DNA of 63,958 bases, counting the filler, from Vicugna vicugna (Eukaryota): NCBI GenBank assembly GCA_013265495.1. It is 78 parts of 76 records of this genome, joined end to end, with 100 filler letters (N's around TTAATTAATTAA, not from the genome) between each part and the next. Parts side by side here need not be neighbours in the genome. Positions count along the whole stretch, not along the records: positions 25,642 to 26,081 come from MU058707.1; positions 26,182 to 27,044 come from PNXW01005779.1; positions 27,145 to 27,572 come from PNXW01005781.1; positions 27,673 to 28,498 come from PNXW01005782.1; positions 28,599 to 29,134 come from PNXW01005783.1; positions 29,235 to 30,070 come from MU058710.1; positions 30,171 to 30,967 come from MU058711.1; positions 31,068 to 32,503 come from MU058713.1; 70 more parts are not named here. One strand, written 5' to 3'. The notes below the pieces were generated by a model that saw only the letters and a list, made by a program, of their open reading frames with translations, was not told the origin of the DNA and did not search any database. The stretch's first letter is position 1. Every line of letters starts with the position of its first letter. The position numbers and the translations under genes are program-made. Shown piece after piece: positions 25,642 to 38,471 of the stretch.

Positions 25642-25875
25642 AGCCCTGTGACTGTTTTATTGCTGAACTCTTTAAGCTGTCAGTACATCTCTTGCTTGAC
25701 TGCTTTTCTTTTGTTTCTGCATCCTCACGTGTCTAATTAGTAACCGCTTGAGTCTGCTCTTTGGAACTTGGGGAAGGCCTAGGAGAGAAACGCCTTTTTC
25801 TACAAATAAGAAACGGGGACACAGAGAGGCTTATGTATCAGGGAGGGCCCTTCAGGGTCCTACTTGGTTTCATTC
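25642..25875 (+). mobile_element. ERV1-type LTR 3' portion
   Basis: ctgctctttggaacttggggaaggcctagg...gggagggcccttcagggtcctacttggtttca resembles artiodactyl ERV1 LTR ends (recognised from memory). Confidence 0.55.
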
Positions 25876-26181
25876 TCCTCACCCCCACCTTTTTTTTTGA
25901 TACTCTTCAATCATGAGAAGAACAGAGCAGGACAAGAAAGAGAATAAAGTTTTGAGTGCTCTGACCCTGCTGAAACAGGGCACCGTTCTGCCTCAGTTTG
26001 GGGAATGAACACTAAATTGGAAGTTTAATTGGAAATCCTGAGTTCCAGGTCTTGGGTCCGAGTCTTGCATGATTAGATTAANNNNNNNNNNNNNNNNNNN
26101 NNNNNNNNNNNNNNNNNNNNNNNNNTTAATTAATTAANNNNNNNNNNNNNNNNNNNNNNNNNNNNNNNNNNNNNNNNNNNN

Positions 26182-26250
26182 AAAAGGAATATTTGTATGT
26201 ATATGTATGACTGAACCATTATGAACGCCTGATACTTTGTAACTCACTTC
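26182..26250 (+). mobile_element. Short LINE-1 3' tail remnant
   Basis: gaatatttgtatgtatatgtatgactgaa continues the L1 tail text seen at 7681-7698. Confidence 0.55.
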
Positions 26251-27144
26251 TTTTTCCCCCTGCAGACAAGCACCTCTCCTTCCTAAGTAACTTTCTGTAA
26301 GTGTTGAGGGGAGCAGGATGCTGCAGCCAAGGTACTCAGGCTCTTAATAACAGCCTTTTTTAAAATCTCATAGTGTCCTTCTTCTTACAATAAACAGGCA
26401 TTTAAAAAGAGGTGAAAGTTGGTGTGAAGCTGTGTTAGGATATATTCAAATATAGATTTACACTGTACCAGTGACCAGGGCTCACTGCAACACCCAGAGC
26501 TGCTGAGACTATGGACCCTGCCAGCATCACTGAGTATCATGATGCTTTCCCTCTGCATCCCTCGCTAGACACTACCTTCCAGCACTCCATCCCCAAGATA
26601 AAACATATATCTCCAAATGTCAGGTGTGTTAGGTTACATCTGAATGGGATTCACATTCTTTACCACTGGATTCCTGGATCCCATTGAAACTGTGGAAATT
26701 GTGGCAAGAAAGTGTTTAAACATTCTTGAACATTCTCTGAGCATTAAAGAGGTTTTTTTTTTTTTGCAGTAGACAATCTTATTTATATCACCTTATAAAA
26801 TAAGAAGACCATTGTTTCTAACCTAGAATAATGTTTCAAACAATTTTAGCCATTAAATAGGATATCATTAAAGCATTAGTAGACAGATGTTGAATGCTCT
26901 GATTAATTTGATCAAATTTTTAATTTTACATAAAGTTTTTTTCCTTTTTTTTTGGATTTTGCTGTTGTTGACATGCATGTGTGTTTTTGTTGTTGTTGTT
27001 GGTTTTTCATTTGGTTGTTTGTTTTTTGTAAGCTGACCCTCCGGNNNNNNNNNNNNNNNNNNNNNNNNNNNNNNNNNNNNNNNNNNNNTTAATTAATTAA
27101 NNNNNNNNNNNNNNNNNNNNNNNNNNNNNNNNNNNNNNNNNNNN

Positions 27145-27572
27145 CCACGAAGCTCTCTTCAGTCACAGGTGTTCCCTGCTCAGGGAAGTTCGAGAAATAC
27201 CTTCCCTGACTTGGTGGAGGCTGCCTCTGTCACAGGGATTTCCTGCAACACCCCTAGCATTCCCTGGCACAGAGACATGAGGAAAATCCTCAGGGGAGAC
27301 GAGCACAGGCATTCCCTAAGAACCCACGCGCTGCCGACCGTTGGTGGAACCTCCCCACGCTCAGGATTCCGGAACCATAGTCATTGAGTGGGGGAGCTCG
27401 AGAGACAAGCTCTCTTCAGTCACAGATGTTCCCTGCTCGGGGATATCCCAGAAATAACTTCCCTCATCTTGGGGAGGCAGCCTGTGTCACTGGGATTTCC
27501 TGCAAAACCCCTTGCATTCAATGGCACAGAGACATGAGAAAAATCCTCAGGGCAGATGAGCACAGGCATTCC
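27145..27572. repeat. Satellite A variant with one shortened (~257-bp) unit
   Basis: AGCTCTCTTCAGTCACAG at 27151 and 27408. Confidence 0.92.
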
Positions 27573-27672
27573 NNNNNNNNNNNNNNNNNNNNNNNNNNNN
27601 NNNNNNNNNNNNNNNNTTAATTAATTAANNNNNNNNNNNNNNNNNNNNNNNNNNNNNNNNNNNNNNNNNNNN

Positions 27673-28345
27673 TAGAAGCCTTCACTCTCAGCCCTTCAAG
27701 GGCCCTCAGGCTTCCACCAACAGTCTTGTGGACACTTTGGGTTTTCACTCTTACTCTTCTCTACATCTGTTCAGGTTTCACCTACCTCCAGGCGCAAAGG
27801 CATCCCCACATTTTGGGTTCTTTTTTAATGGCTGTGCCCCATTTTCAACATCAATGTCTGTGCCAGTTATTTATTGCTAATAATTTATATAATAAAGTGT
27901 TTCAAAACCTGGTGACTCAAAACAGCATTTGCTTGGTTCCAAAATCTGTGTTTAGACAAAGCTCAGTGGAGCCAGCTCATTTCTTCTCCACTTGGCATCA
28001 AGCAGGCACTAGAATAATCTAAAAGCTTGTTCATGCACATGTCTGGAAGTTGGAGCTGGCTTGGGTTAAGGACATTTGCTGGGGTCATCAGCTGGGACAG
28101 CTGCGTGTACACTCAGTCGGTGGCCTGGGCTTCACAACGTGGTGGCTGGGTTCTAAGGGTGAGCATCCCTATGGAGTGAGAGTCAGAGGCCATTTAGCCT
28201 TAGAAACTTAGAAATCACACAGCAGTTCCCCCACGTTCTGTCCCCTAGAAACCAGTTGACTGAGGCCAGTACATACTTCAGGGGAGGGAATTCCGCAGGG
28301 AAGTGTCAAGGAATTTGTAGAGATGTATGTTTTACAACCACCACC
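27673..28345 (-). mobile_element. MaLR (MLT1) internal-LTR junction and LTR
   Basis: ccacattttgggttc...ccccattttcaacatcaatgtc then tgtgccagttatttattgct...aaccaccac, as in reverse MLT1 int/LTR. Confidence 0.7.
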
Positions 28346-29234
28346 TCCGCCTGCCTTGTCTCACCAAACAATGCGTCTATCTGAAGGAAAGCAGTTCTTC
28401 CCAAGCCAGTGTCACTGAAATTCCAGCAAGTTTTTTTGTTTGTTTTTGTTGGATATGTTCTCTTGTTTTGTGGAGAGCCACAAAGGATTACAAGAATGNN
28501 NNNNNNNNNNNNNNNNNNNNNNNNNNNNNNNNNNNNNNNNNNTTAATTAATTAANNNNNNNNNNNNNNNNNNNNNNNNNNNNNNNNNNNNNNNNNNNNCA
28601 TAGACAATTGAATACATATGCTATTTCTATAAGAATAAATGTCGTAGGGTCATATCTTTCTGAATCTGTTTACGTGTTTAAAAACAATCATAGTTAGTGA
28701 TAAACACGAGCCTTGGATCCACTACTTCTTAGGGTTTGCTTTGCCATCATGGGAAATTACATTCTACAGAGAAGATAATTGTGTCTCTTTGATATTTGGA
28801 TGATTTTGCAATATTCAAGGCTTTCAAAAGATGACAGTTTTGTATTTTAAACTAACTACAAAGTTATCTTGTAGAAGTTGGAAGTCCTTAGCTTGTGAAA
28901 TACCCAGTAATTCAGTGTGTGTATGTCTGTGTCTCTGTGAACGTGTGTGTGTGTGATTTCAGGAATGTAGGAATAAGTTCCATACAGCCTTCTTATACCT
29001 TTCTCCTCCAGTTCAAGGTGTAGGTATATATTTACACAAATAAATTGATACTCTTTTGTCATTTGGTATATTTGTGGGAATAAGATGTACTCATACTTGT
29101 TTCAGAAGGATTGGGGAGCATGAGCTTAGAAAATNNNNNNNNNNNNNNNNNNNNNNNNNNNNNNNNNNNNNNNNNNNNTTAATTAATTAANNNNNNNNNN
29201 NNNNNNNNNNNNNNNNNNNNNNNNNNNNNNNNNN

Positions 29235-30070
29235 GACAACTCCATGCAGCTCTCTTCAGTCACAGGTTTTCCCTGTTCGAGGAAGACCGAGAAATACCTT
29301 CATTGTATTTGGAGAGGCAGCTTCTGTACCTGGGATATCCTGCAAACCCCCCTAGCATTCCCTTGCCCAGAGACATTAGGAAAACCCTCAGGGGAGACAA
29401 GCTTAGGCTTTCCGTTAGAACCCACGCGCTGCCGACCGTTGGTGGAACCTCCCCACGCTCAGGATTCCGGAACCATTGTCNNNNNNNNNNNNNNNNNNNN
29501 NNNNNNNNNNNNNNNNNNNNNNNNNNNNNNNNNNNNNNNNNNNNNNNNNNNNNNNNNNNNNNNNNNNNNNNNNNNNNNNNNNNNNNNNNNNNNNNNNNNN
29601 NNNNNNNNNNNNNNNNNNNNNNNNNNNNNNNNNNNNNNNNNNNNNNNNNNNNNNNNNNNNNNNNNNNNNNNNNNNNNNNNNNNNNNNNNNNNNNNNNNNN
29701 NNNNNNNNNNNNNNNNNNNNNNNNNNNNNNNNNNNNNNNNNNNNNNNNNNNNNNNNNNNNNNNNNNNNNNNNNNNNNNNNNNNNNNNNNNNNNNNNNNNN
29801 NNNNNNNNNNNNNNNNNNNNNNNNNNNNNNNNNNNNNNNNNNNNNNNNNNNNNNNNNNNNNNNNNNNNNCTGTAAACCCCCCTAGAATTCCCTGACACAG
29901 AGACATTAGGAAAATCCTCAGGGGAGACGAGCTTAGGCTTTCCGTTAGAACCAACGCGCTGTCGACCGTTGGCGGAACCTCCCAACGCTCAGAATTCCGA
30001 AACCATTGTCAGTGCGTGGGTGAGATCGAGAGACCAATCCACGCAGCTCTCTTCATTCACAGGTGTTCCC
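29235..30070. repeat. Satellite A
   Basis: Same monomer as 13610-14686 and the reverse of 1042-1819. Confidence 0.94.
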
Positions 30071-30170
30071 NNNNNNNNNNNNNNNNNNNNNNNNNNNNNN
30101 NNNNNNNNNNNNNNTTAATTAATTAANNNNNNNNNNNNNNNNNNNNNNNNNNNNNNNNNNNNNNNNNNNN

Positions 30171-30967
30171 GCGGCGGCAGCAGAGGGAGAGGGTTGTGCT
30201 CCTGGGAGCCTGTCGATTTGCTCCCATCTCCTCCGCGCCCTGTGTTGAGGGCAGACTCTGCTGCCCCACGTTCGCAGGACCGCAGTGCGCGGATGAGGGG
30301 TGGGGGCTGGGCCAGGCGCTTTAATAAAAACTAAAAAATAAGACGACGGACAAATGGGCCCCAAAGAACTGGGGCGGGGGAGGGCAGCACCATCCAGACA
30401 GCAGGCAGGACCAGGGCAGAGAGAGAAAGAAGGCAACTTGACGCTTTGCCCCTAAACTCCACCAGCGTGGGGCTTCCGGGCAGGCCCTACAGGGCCTCCG
30501 GGGCAGGGGAGCCGCCAGAGCTGGCGGAGATGGCAGGGGCGGTGGGCGGGAAGCCCAGCACCACAAGATGGCTCAGCCTGAAGTGGGAGCTGGGGGCCGG
30601 GACACAGCAGCCTTGAACCCCCAGTCTCTCCGTGGAAGAGCCTTACTCTGGGTGAGAGAAGGGACCAAGGGTGGGGTCTCTCCCTGAGCTGAGCGCGGTC
30701 ATCTCCTCCACAGCAGCGGGGGGCGGTGGGGTGTGCCGGGGACCCCCTTTCACCTTCCTGTCCATGTGCCTCCTTGGTCCCTTCTGGGAGAAGCCTCCAG
30801 GGCCCCAAAGGGGCGGGTGCGAGGAGAGCCGGTCCAGTCTGTGGTTGTCAACTCCAGACAGGGCCCATGTCCCCGCGCAGCCCCTCGGCCCTGACTCCCG
30901 CAGGAGGACAGCGAATCGTAGGGCGAGTCGCTGAGAGACTCTGAGGTCTCCAGCCCCGCGGGGCCCC
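30171..30967. promoter_or_regulatory. GC/CpG-rich unique fragment (CpG-island-like)
   Basis: High GC, many CpG, GGGCGG boxes at ~30372, 30537, 30544, 30721, 30811; no recognisable gene. Confidence 0.4.
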
Positions 30968-31067
30968 NNNNNNNNNNNNNNNNNNNNNNNNNNNNNNNNN
31001 NNNNNNNNNNNTTAATTAATTAANNNNNNNNNNNNNNNNNNNNNNNNNNNNNNNNNNNNNNNNNNNN

Positions 31068-32503
31068 ATTATGATATGTCTTGGTGTGGGTCTACTTGGA
31101 TTCTTCCTGTTTAGGACCCTCTGAGCTTCCTGTACTTGAATATTTGATTCCTTCTTTAAGTTTGGGAAGTTTTCAGTCATGATTTCTTCAAAAACCTTTT
31201 CAATCCCCTTTGATCTTTCTTCCCCTTCTGGGACCCCTATTATGCGAAGATTGGCATGCTTTATATTATCCCATAGGTCCCTTATGNNNNNNNNNNNNNN
31301 NNNNNNNNNNNNNNNNNNNNNNNNNNNNNNNNNNNNNNNNNNNNNNNNNNNNNNNNNNNNNNNNNNNNNNNNNNNNNNNNNNNNNNNNNNNNNNNNNNNN
31401 NNNNNNNNNNNNNNNNNNNNNNNNNNNNNNNNNNNNNNNNNNNNNNNNNNNNNNNNNNNNNNNNNNNNNNNNNNNNNNNNNNNNNNNNNNNNNNNNNNNN
31501 NNNNNNNNNNNNNNNNNNNNNNNNNNNNNNNNNNNNNNNNNNNNNNNNNNNNNNNNNNNNNNNNNNNNNNNNNNNNNNNNNNNNNNNNNNNNNNNNNNNN
31601 NNNNNNNNNNNNNNNNNNNNNNNNNNNNNNNNNNNNNNNNNNNNNNNNNNNNNNNNNNNNNNNNNNNNNNNNNNNNNNNNNNNNNNNNNNNNNNNNNNNN
31701 NNNNNNNNNNNNNNNNNNNNNNNNNNNNNNNNNNNNNNNNNNNNNNNNNNNNNNNNNNNNNNNNNNNNNNNNNNNNNNNNNNNNNNNNNNNNNNNNNNNN
31801 NNNNNNNNNNNNNNNNNNNNNNNNNNNNNNNNNNNNNNNNNNNNNNNNNNNNNNNNNNNNNNNNNNNNNNNNNNNNNNNNNNNNNNNNNNNNNNNNNNNN
31901 NNNNNNNNNNNNNNNNNNNNNNNNNNNNNNNNNNNNNNNNNNNNNNNNNNNNNNNNNNNNNNNNNNNNNNNNNNNNNNNNNNNNNNNNNNNNNNNNNNNN
32001 NNNNNNNNNNNNNNNNNNNNNNNNNNNNNNNNNNNNNNNNNNNNNNNNNNNNNNNNNNNNNNNNNNNNNNNNNNNNNNNNNNNNNNNNNNNNNNNNNNNN
32101 NNNNNNNNNNNNNNNNNNNNNNNNNNNNNNNNNNNNNNNNNNNNNNNNNNNNNCTGGCGCCCTCTTCTGTGCTGCTCCCAGCACCTGTCGGCAAGCAGAT
32201 CGCGCCTCCTCCTAACACGGGGTCAGGTGCAGCTCTCCTCTGCTGCGGGCGGGTGGGTCACTGCCCCTCCGGATGCCGCAGTCAGATGTTGCAGACTGGC
32301 CAGGCAGGAGGGCGGGTCGTGCCCCCTCTCAGCACCTCTGTCAGGGGCTGTGTTCCTGCCCGAAAGGCGGGGGGCCGCTCTTCCTCTACCTGCGCCGCCG
32401 GTAGCTCCGCTGCTCTGCACGGCTGCGCCCTGGTTGGCGCTCCGCCCTGGTCAGCGCGCCGCCCTGGTTGGCGCTCCACAGGCGGGCTCAGGGAAGACTG
32501 AGG
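31068..32503 (-). mobile_element. Relatively young LINE-1: ORF1 fragment (31068-31286) and probable GC-rich 5' UTR (32154-32503)
   Basis: IRDLWDNIKHANLRIIGVPEGEERSKGIEKVFEEIMTENFPNL...PTPRHII is the L1 ORF1p RRM region; CpG-rich sequence lies upstream on the same scaffold. Confidence 0.92.
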
Positions 32504-32603
32504 NNNNNNNNNNNNNNNNNNNNNNNNNNNNNNNNNNNNNNNNNNNNTTAATTAATTAANNNNNNNNNNNNNNNNNNNNNNNNNNNNNNNNNNNNNNNNN
32601 NNN

Positions 32604-33537
32604 AGACATATAGACCAATGGAACAGAATAGAGAGCCCAGAAATGAGTACACAAACCTTTGGTCAACTCATCTTCAACAAAGGAGGCAAGCATATACAAT
32701 GGAATAAAGACTGTCTCTTCAGCAAATGGTGTTGGGAAAACTGGACAGCTGCACATAAAACAATGATGCTAGAACACTCCCTTACACCATATACAAAAAT
32801 CAACTCAAAATGGATCAAAGACTTAAACATAAGACAAGGTACAATAAACCTCCTACAGACCTCCTAGAGGAAAACATAGGCAAAACATTATCTGGCATAC
32901 ATTTCAAAAATGTTCTCCTAGAAGAAATAAAATGAAGAATAAACAAATGGGAACTAATGAAAATTACAACCTTCTGCAGAGCAAGGGAAACCAGAAATAA
33001 AACAAGAAGAAAACCTACGGAATGGGAGAAAATTTTTGCAAGTGAAACCAACAAAGGCTTGATCTCCAAAATATATAAGCAGCTCATATGACTCAATAAG
33101 AAAAAAATAAACAACCCAATCCAAAAATGGGTAGAAGACCTAAACAAGCAATTCTCCAAGGAAGACATACAAATGATCAAAAGGCACATGAAAAAATGTT
33201 CAATATCACTAATTATCAGAGAAATGCAAATCAAAACTACAATGAGGTATCACCTCACACCAGTCAGAATGGCCATCATTCAAAAATCCACAAATGACAA
33301 ATGCTGGAGAGGCTGTGGAGAAAGGGGAACCCTCCTACACTGCTGGTGGGAATGCAGTTTGGTGCAGCCACTGTGGAAAACAGTGTGGAGATTCCTCAAA
33401 AGACTAGGAATAGACTTACCATATGACCCAGGAATCCCACTCCAGGGCTTGTATCCAGAAAGAACCCTACTTCAGGATGACATCTGCACCCCGACGTTCA
33501 TAGCAGCACTATTTACAATAGCCAAGACATGGAGACA
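32604..33537 (+). mobile_element. LINE-1 ORF2 C-terminal region including Cys-rich domain, disrupted
   Basis: [40 protein letters not shown]...[18 protein letters not shown]; 11-bp tandem duplication at ~32848 shifts the frame. Confidence 0.97.
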
Positions 33538-33637
33538 NNNNNNNNNNNNNNNNNNNNNNNNNNNNNNNNNNNNNNNNNNNNTTAATTAATTAANNNNNNN
33601 NNNNNNNNNNNNNNNNNNNNNNNNNNNNNNNNNNNNN

Positions 33638-34120
33638 TCTTAACTCTCAAAACTGTGCATGTGGAGACGTTCGTTCATCTAGCACAAAGGGAATAGTTTG
33701 CAGGAGGAACACTTACTTGGTTTCTCAGTCTGTTTCCTAGTGCCGGTTTGAAGTTCCTGCAGTTTTCACTGTAAAACCGAGTTGGAGCTTGTACCTGCCC
33801 ATGTATATGTATGGAGTGGAGTTTGCAACTGAAGAGAAACTTTGTGTTCCCTACAAGCAAGAAGGACGGCTTTCACACACGCTTAACTCTCAAAACTGAG
33901 CATGTGAAGAGACGTTCGTTCATCTAGCACAAAGGGAACAGGTTGCAGGAGAAACACTTACTCCGGTTTCTCAGTCTGTTTCCAAGTGCTGGTTTGAAGT
34001 TCCTGCAGTTTTCACTGTAAAACCGAGTTGGAGCTTGTACCTCCCCATGTATATGTATGGTGTGGAGTTTCCAAATTAAGAGAAACTTTGTGTTCCCAAC
34101 AAGCAAGGTGAAGGACGGCT
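33638..34120. repeat. Satellite C (~249 bp), reverse orientation
   Basis: Two tandem monomers; reverse complement of 42639-43201. Confidence 0.94.
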
Positions 34121-34220
34121 NNNNNNNNNNNNNNNNNNNNNNNNNNNNNNNNNNNNNNNNNNNNTTAATTAATTAANNNNNNNNNNNNNNNNNNNNNNNN
34201 NNNNNNNNNNNNNNNNNNNN

Positions 34221-35291
34221 GGTCACTGGGATATCCTGCAATCACCATTAGCATTCCCTGGCACAAAGATATTAAGAAAACCCTCAGGGGATACGTGCTT
34301 AGGCATTCCGTTAGAACCCACGGGCTGCCGACCGTTGGTGGAACCTCCCCACGCTCAGGATTCCGGGACCATTGTCAGTGCGTGGGGGAGCTCGAGAGAC
34401 AACTCCACGCAGCTCTCTTCAGTCACAGGATNNNNNNNNNNNNNNNNNNNNNNNNNNNNNNNNNNNNNNNNNNNNNNNNNNNNNNNNNNNNNNNNNNNNN
34501 NNNNNNNNNNNNNNNNNNNNNNNNNNNNNNNNNNNNNNNNNNNNNNNNNNNNNNNNNNNNNNNNNNNNNNNNNNNNNNNNNNNNNNNNNNNNNNNNNNNN
34601 NNNNNNNNNNNNNNNNNNNNNNNNNNNNNNNNNNNNNNNNNNNNNNNNNNNNNNNNNNNNNNNNNNNNNNNNNNNNNNNNNNNNNNNNNNNNNNNNNNNN
34701 NNNNNNNNNNNNNNNNNNNNNNNNNNNNNNNNNNNNNNNNNNNNNNNNNNNNNNNNNNNNNNNNNNNNNNNNNNNNNNNNNNNNNNNNNNNNNNNNNNNN
34801 NNNNNNNNNNNNNNNNNNNNNNNNNNNNNNNNNNNNNNNNNNNNNNNNNNNNNNNNNNNNNNNNNNNNNNNNNNNNNNNNNNNNNNNNNNNNNNNNNNNN
34901 NNNNNNNNNNNNNNNNNNNNNNNNNNNNNNNNNNNNNNNNNNNNNNNNNNNNNNNNNNNNNNNNNNNNNNNNNNNNNNNNNNNNNNNNNNNNNNNNNNNN
35001 NNNNNNNNNNNNNNNNNNNNNNNNNNNNNNNNNNNNNNNNNNNNNNNNNNNNNNNNNNNNNNNNNNNNNNNNNNNNNNNNNNNNNNNNNNNNNNNNNNNN
35101 NNNNNNNNNNNNNNNNNNNNNNNNNGAACCTCCCCAAGCTCAGGATTCCGGAACCGTTGTCTGTGCGTGGGGGAGCTCGTGAGACAACTCCACGCAGCTC
35201 TCTTCAGTCACAGGACTTTCCTGTTCTGGGATGTTGAGAAATACCGTCCCTGAATTTGGGGAGGCAGCCTCGGGCACTGGGATATCCTGCA
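34221..35291. repeat. Satellite A (gapped)
   Basis: Monomer A on both sides of the gap. Confidence 0.93.
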
Positions 35292-35950
35292 NNNNNNNNN
35301 NNNNNNNNNNNNNNNNNNNNNNNNNNNNNNNNNNNTTAATTAATTAANNNNNNNNNNNNNNNNNNNNNNNNNNNNNNNNNNNNNNNNNNNNGGGGGCCAC
35401 GTGGGAAAGAGTGACAGATTACAAGAGGGGTGGGGGGAGCAAAAAGTAAAAATCACAGTCCAAGTCCCAAATTCAAGGATACTTTCTCAGAAAAAAGTAT
35501 AAACTATTTCACACGTGTGCAATTTGGCTACTATTTTTGTGGCTTGTGGACAGCAAGAACTTGGTGTTCTAGTCCAAAACNNNNNNNNNNNNNNNNNNNN
35601 NNNNNNNNNNNNNNNNNNNNNNNNNNNNNNNNNNNNNNNNNNNNNNNNNNNNNNNNNNNNNNNNNNNNNNNNNNNNNNNNNNNNNNNNNNNNNNNNNNNN
35701 NNNNNNNNNNNNNNNNNNNNNNNNNNNNNNNCTGGCATCATATAATTTTAGAAGTATTTGCGTGACTAAGTGATGGCTACAGCCCGTGATTATGCACGGT
35801 AGTGATTGAGGCTGAGGAAGCCCATATTATATTCACGGTGTACATGCAATNNNNNNNNNNNNNNNNNNNNNNNNNNNNNNNNNNNNNNNNNNNNTTAATT
35901 AATTAANNNNNNNNNNNNNNNNNNNNNNNNNNNNNNNNNNNNNNNNNNNN

Positions 35951-36879
35951 TTCCCCAACCTTGGAACACCTGTGCCCCCATAAAAATGAGTGGACCCTTT
36001 TTCCGCCCTGCAGCACACACACGGAGACGTGGTCAGGTATCCTGATATTGGGAGGCTCCTCCACATGACAGCAGCGCCTGGGTTCTAATAAAATCCCTTA
36101 GATTGTTTTCCTTGAGTGTTTCCCTAGGCCGGGCTTAGAGGGAAAGCTGGGAGTTTTGCTTGGAGGCCAAGTAGCAGCAACTGCCCCCCAATGGAATGTG
36201 GAAGTATTTAGAGGACTTCTTCCTAATGGGGACCAAGTGTGACCCCATTCATCTACTTGGATTTTGGCTCCACATCTCCCCGCCACATATTGTTGGGTTC
36301 CGGAATCCTGAGTTTTGGGACGTTCCTCCTAATGTCATCAGCGCCTGTGTTCTTGAATTCCTTAACTTGCCTTCCCTGATGGTTTGCCTATGCTGGAGTG
36401 CAGGGTAATGTGGGTTTTCGTCTCTAATACCAAGCATTAGCCAATGCATCTACATGTGAAGTTGAGAAAATTTAACTACATCCAGCAACGTAGGAATACA
36501 TGTGCCATCTGAAAGATAACTGGACTCTGTTTCCCCACTTCCAGCACACAAACGAGGAAGTGCTCTTCTATCCTGAATGTGGGGAGTTTCCTCCAAATGA
36601 CAGCAGCACCTGAGGTCTAATGGAATCCGTTAGCTTGACTTCCTTGAGTGTTTACCTAGGCCGGGCTGTGAGCGAATGTGGGGGTTGGGCCCTAAAGACA
36701 AGGATTAGCGAGTGCCCCTCTATGGGCATTGGAGGTGTTTAAACCAAATCCCCAACATTGGAACACCTGTGCCCCCATATAGATGCGTGGAATATCTATC
36801 CCAACTACAGAACACACACGAAGACTTTCAGATGTCCTTAGTGTGGGGGTCTCCTCAAAATGACAGCAGCGTCTGGGTT
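35951..36879. repeat. Satellite B, ~3.5 divergent monomers
   Basis: GACAGCAGC-type core at ~36068, ~36335, ~36599, ~36862. Confidence 0.93.
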
Positions 36880-36979
36880 NNNNNNNNNNNNNNNNNNNNN
36901 NNNNNNNNNNNNNNNNNNNNNNNTTAATTAATTAANNNNNNNNNNNNNNNNNNNNNNNNNNNNNNNNNNNNNNNNNNNN

Positions 36980-37417
36980 ACCTTGCTCGTGAAGCATGGC
37001 CCTGCCCTCAGCTGATAGGATGCACATTGGTCTGGCTGTCACAAGGATCCTCTGTGCCTGTTTAACTTGGTTCTGTCAATCAACTTATACTCTGTAGAGA
37101 TCCAATAATTGGAGGCTTCCTCTCCGTCCTGCTGAACCCCCAGTTGGAGAAGGGAGACCCAGTGAATAAGCATCAGTCCTTCTTAGCTGCTCCCTCCCTG
37201 TGGGAACTGTCCCAATCTGTTTTGCCTTTTCTTCTTTCTTTCTTCCTTTTCTCCTACCAGATATTTTGCATCTTTATCTTTTGAAGAGGAAAATGTTCTA
37301 TCAGAGTTCTGCAAGTTCTCTGGTTAATTGAGTGGGTCTGTGGATGAGTCTTGGTGCATTTGTGAGAAAGGGTGAGCTACAAGCATCCTTCTCCTCCACG
37401 ATCTATCTTGGCACCCC
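36980..37417 (-). mobile_element. Probable LINE-1 5' end
   Basis: Minus strand begins GGGGTGCCAAGATAGATCGTGGAGGAGAAGGATG, resembling the CCAAGATGGCGGAGTAGAAGGAC start of laurasiatherian L1. Confidence 0.55.
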
Positions 37418-37576
37418 AAAATTTCTCACTTTATGGTGGAAGATAAACACAGCCAGGAAATAGATACAAAAGATATNNNNNNNNNNNNNNNNNNNNNNNN
37501 NNNNNNNNNNNNNNNNNNNNTTAATTAATTAANNNNNNNNNNNNNNNNNNNNNNNNNNNNNNNNNNNNNNNNNNNN

Positions 37577-37790
37577 GTCTTGCAGGTGCTCAGAACTTCG
37601 GAGCAGAAGCCCCAGAGCCCACCGGCATAATAAATCAGAGAACTCCAACAATCCGAGTGGTGCTTGTTTCTTGGTTGGGCTGTTTCCATAACCCTCAGCT
37701 CCAGTGCCCAGCTTTCTAGGTAGATAGGAGTGTTACCAAGTCCAAATTCATTCTCCTCAGTGCAGGACAGGCCAATAAGTTGGGAGACCA
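37577..37790. mobile_element. Possible ERV LTR fragments
   Basis: AATAAA at ~37628 followed by a U5-like stretch; tgttaccaagtcc at ~37731 may be a second LTR edge. Confidence 0.4.
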
Positions 37791-38471
37791 NNNNNNNNNN
37801 NNNNNNNNNNNNNNNNNNNNNNNNNNNNNNNNNNNNNNNNNNNNNNNNNNNNNNNNNNNNNNNNNNNNNNNNNNNNNNNNNNNNNNNNNNNNNNNNNNNN
37901 NNNNNNNNNNNNNNNNNNNNNNNNNNNNNNNNNNNNNNNNNNNNNNNNNNNNNNNNNNNNNNNNNNNNNNNNNNNNNNNNNNNNNNNNNNNNNNNNNNNN
38001 NNNNNNNNNNNNNNNNNNNNNNNNNNNNNNNNNNNNNNNNNNNNNNNNNNNNNNNNNNNNNNNNNNNNNNNNNNNNNNNNNNNNNNNNNNNNNNNNNNNN
38101 NNNNNNNNNNNNNNNNNNNNNNNNNNNNNNNNNNNNNNNNNNNNNNNTGAATCCTAGAGAGGAGAGGGTTAAATTCAAAGGAACAGATCTAATATGGAGT
38201 CAGATTTGTTCTGTTCTATTACCCGGGCAGAAGTCACTTGAGGATTTAAATCCCTTTATGTTAAAAAAAAAAATTTAAAGGAATTTCCATACATAGGTAG
38301 GAATGTGCAAAGCATACCTGGAAAAACACCAAAAGGATAGTAAACAGTTGCATCTCCAGAGAGGGCTGAAANNNNNNNNNNNNNNNNNNNNNNNNNNNNN
38401 NNNNNNNNNNNNNNNTTAATTAATTAANNNNNNNNNNNNNNNNNNNNNNNNNNNNNNNNNNNNNNNNNNNN

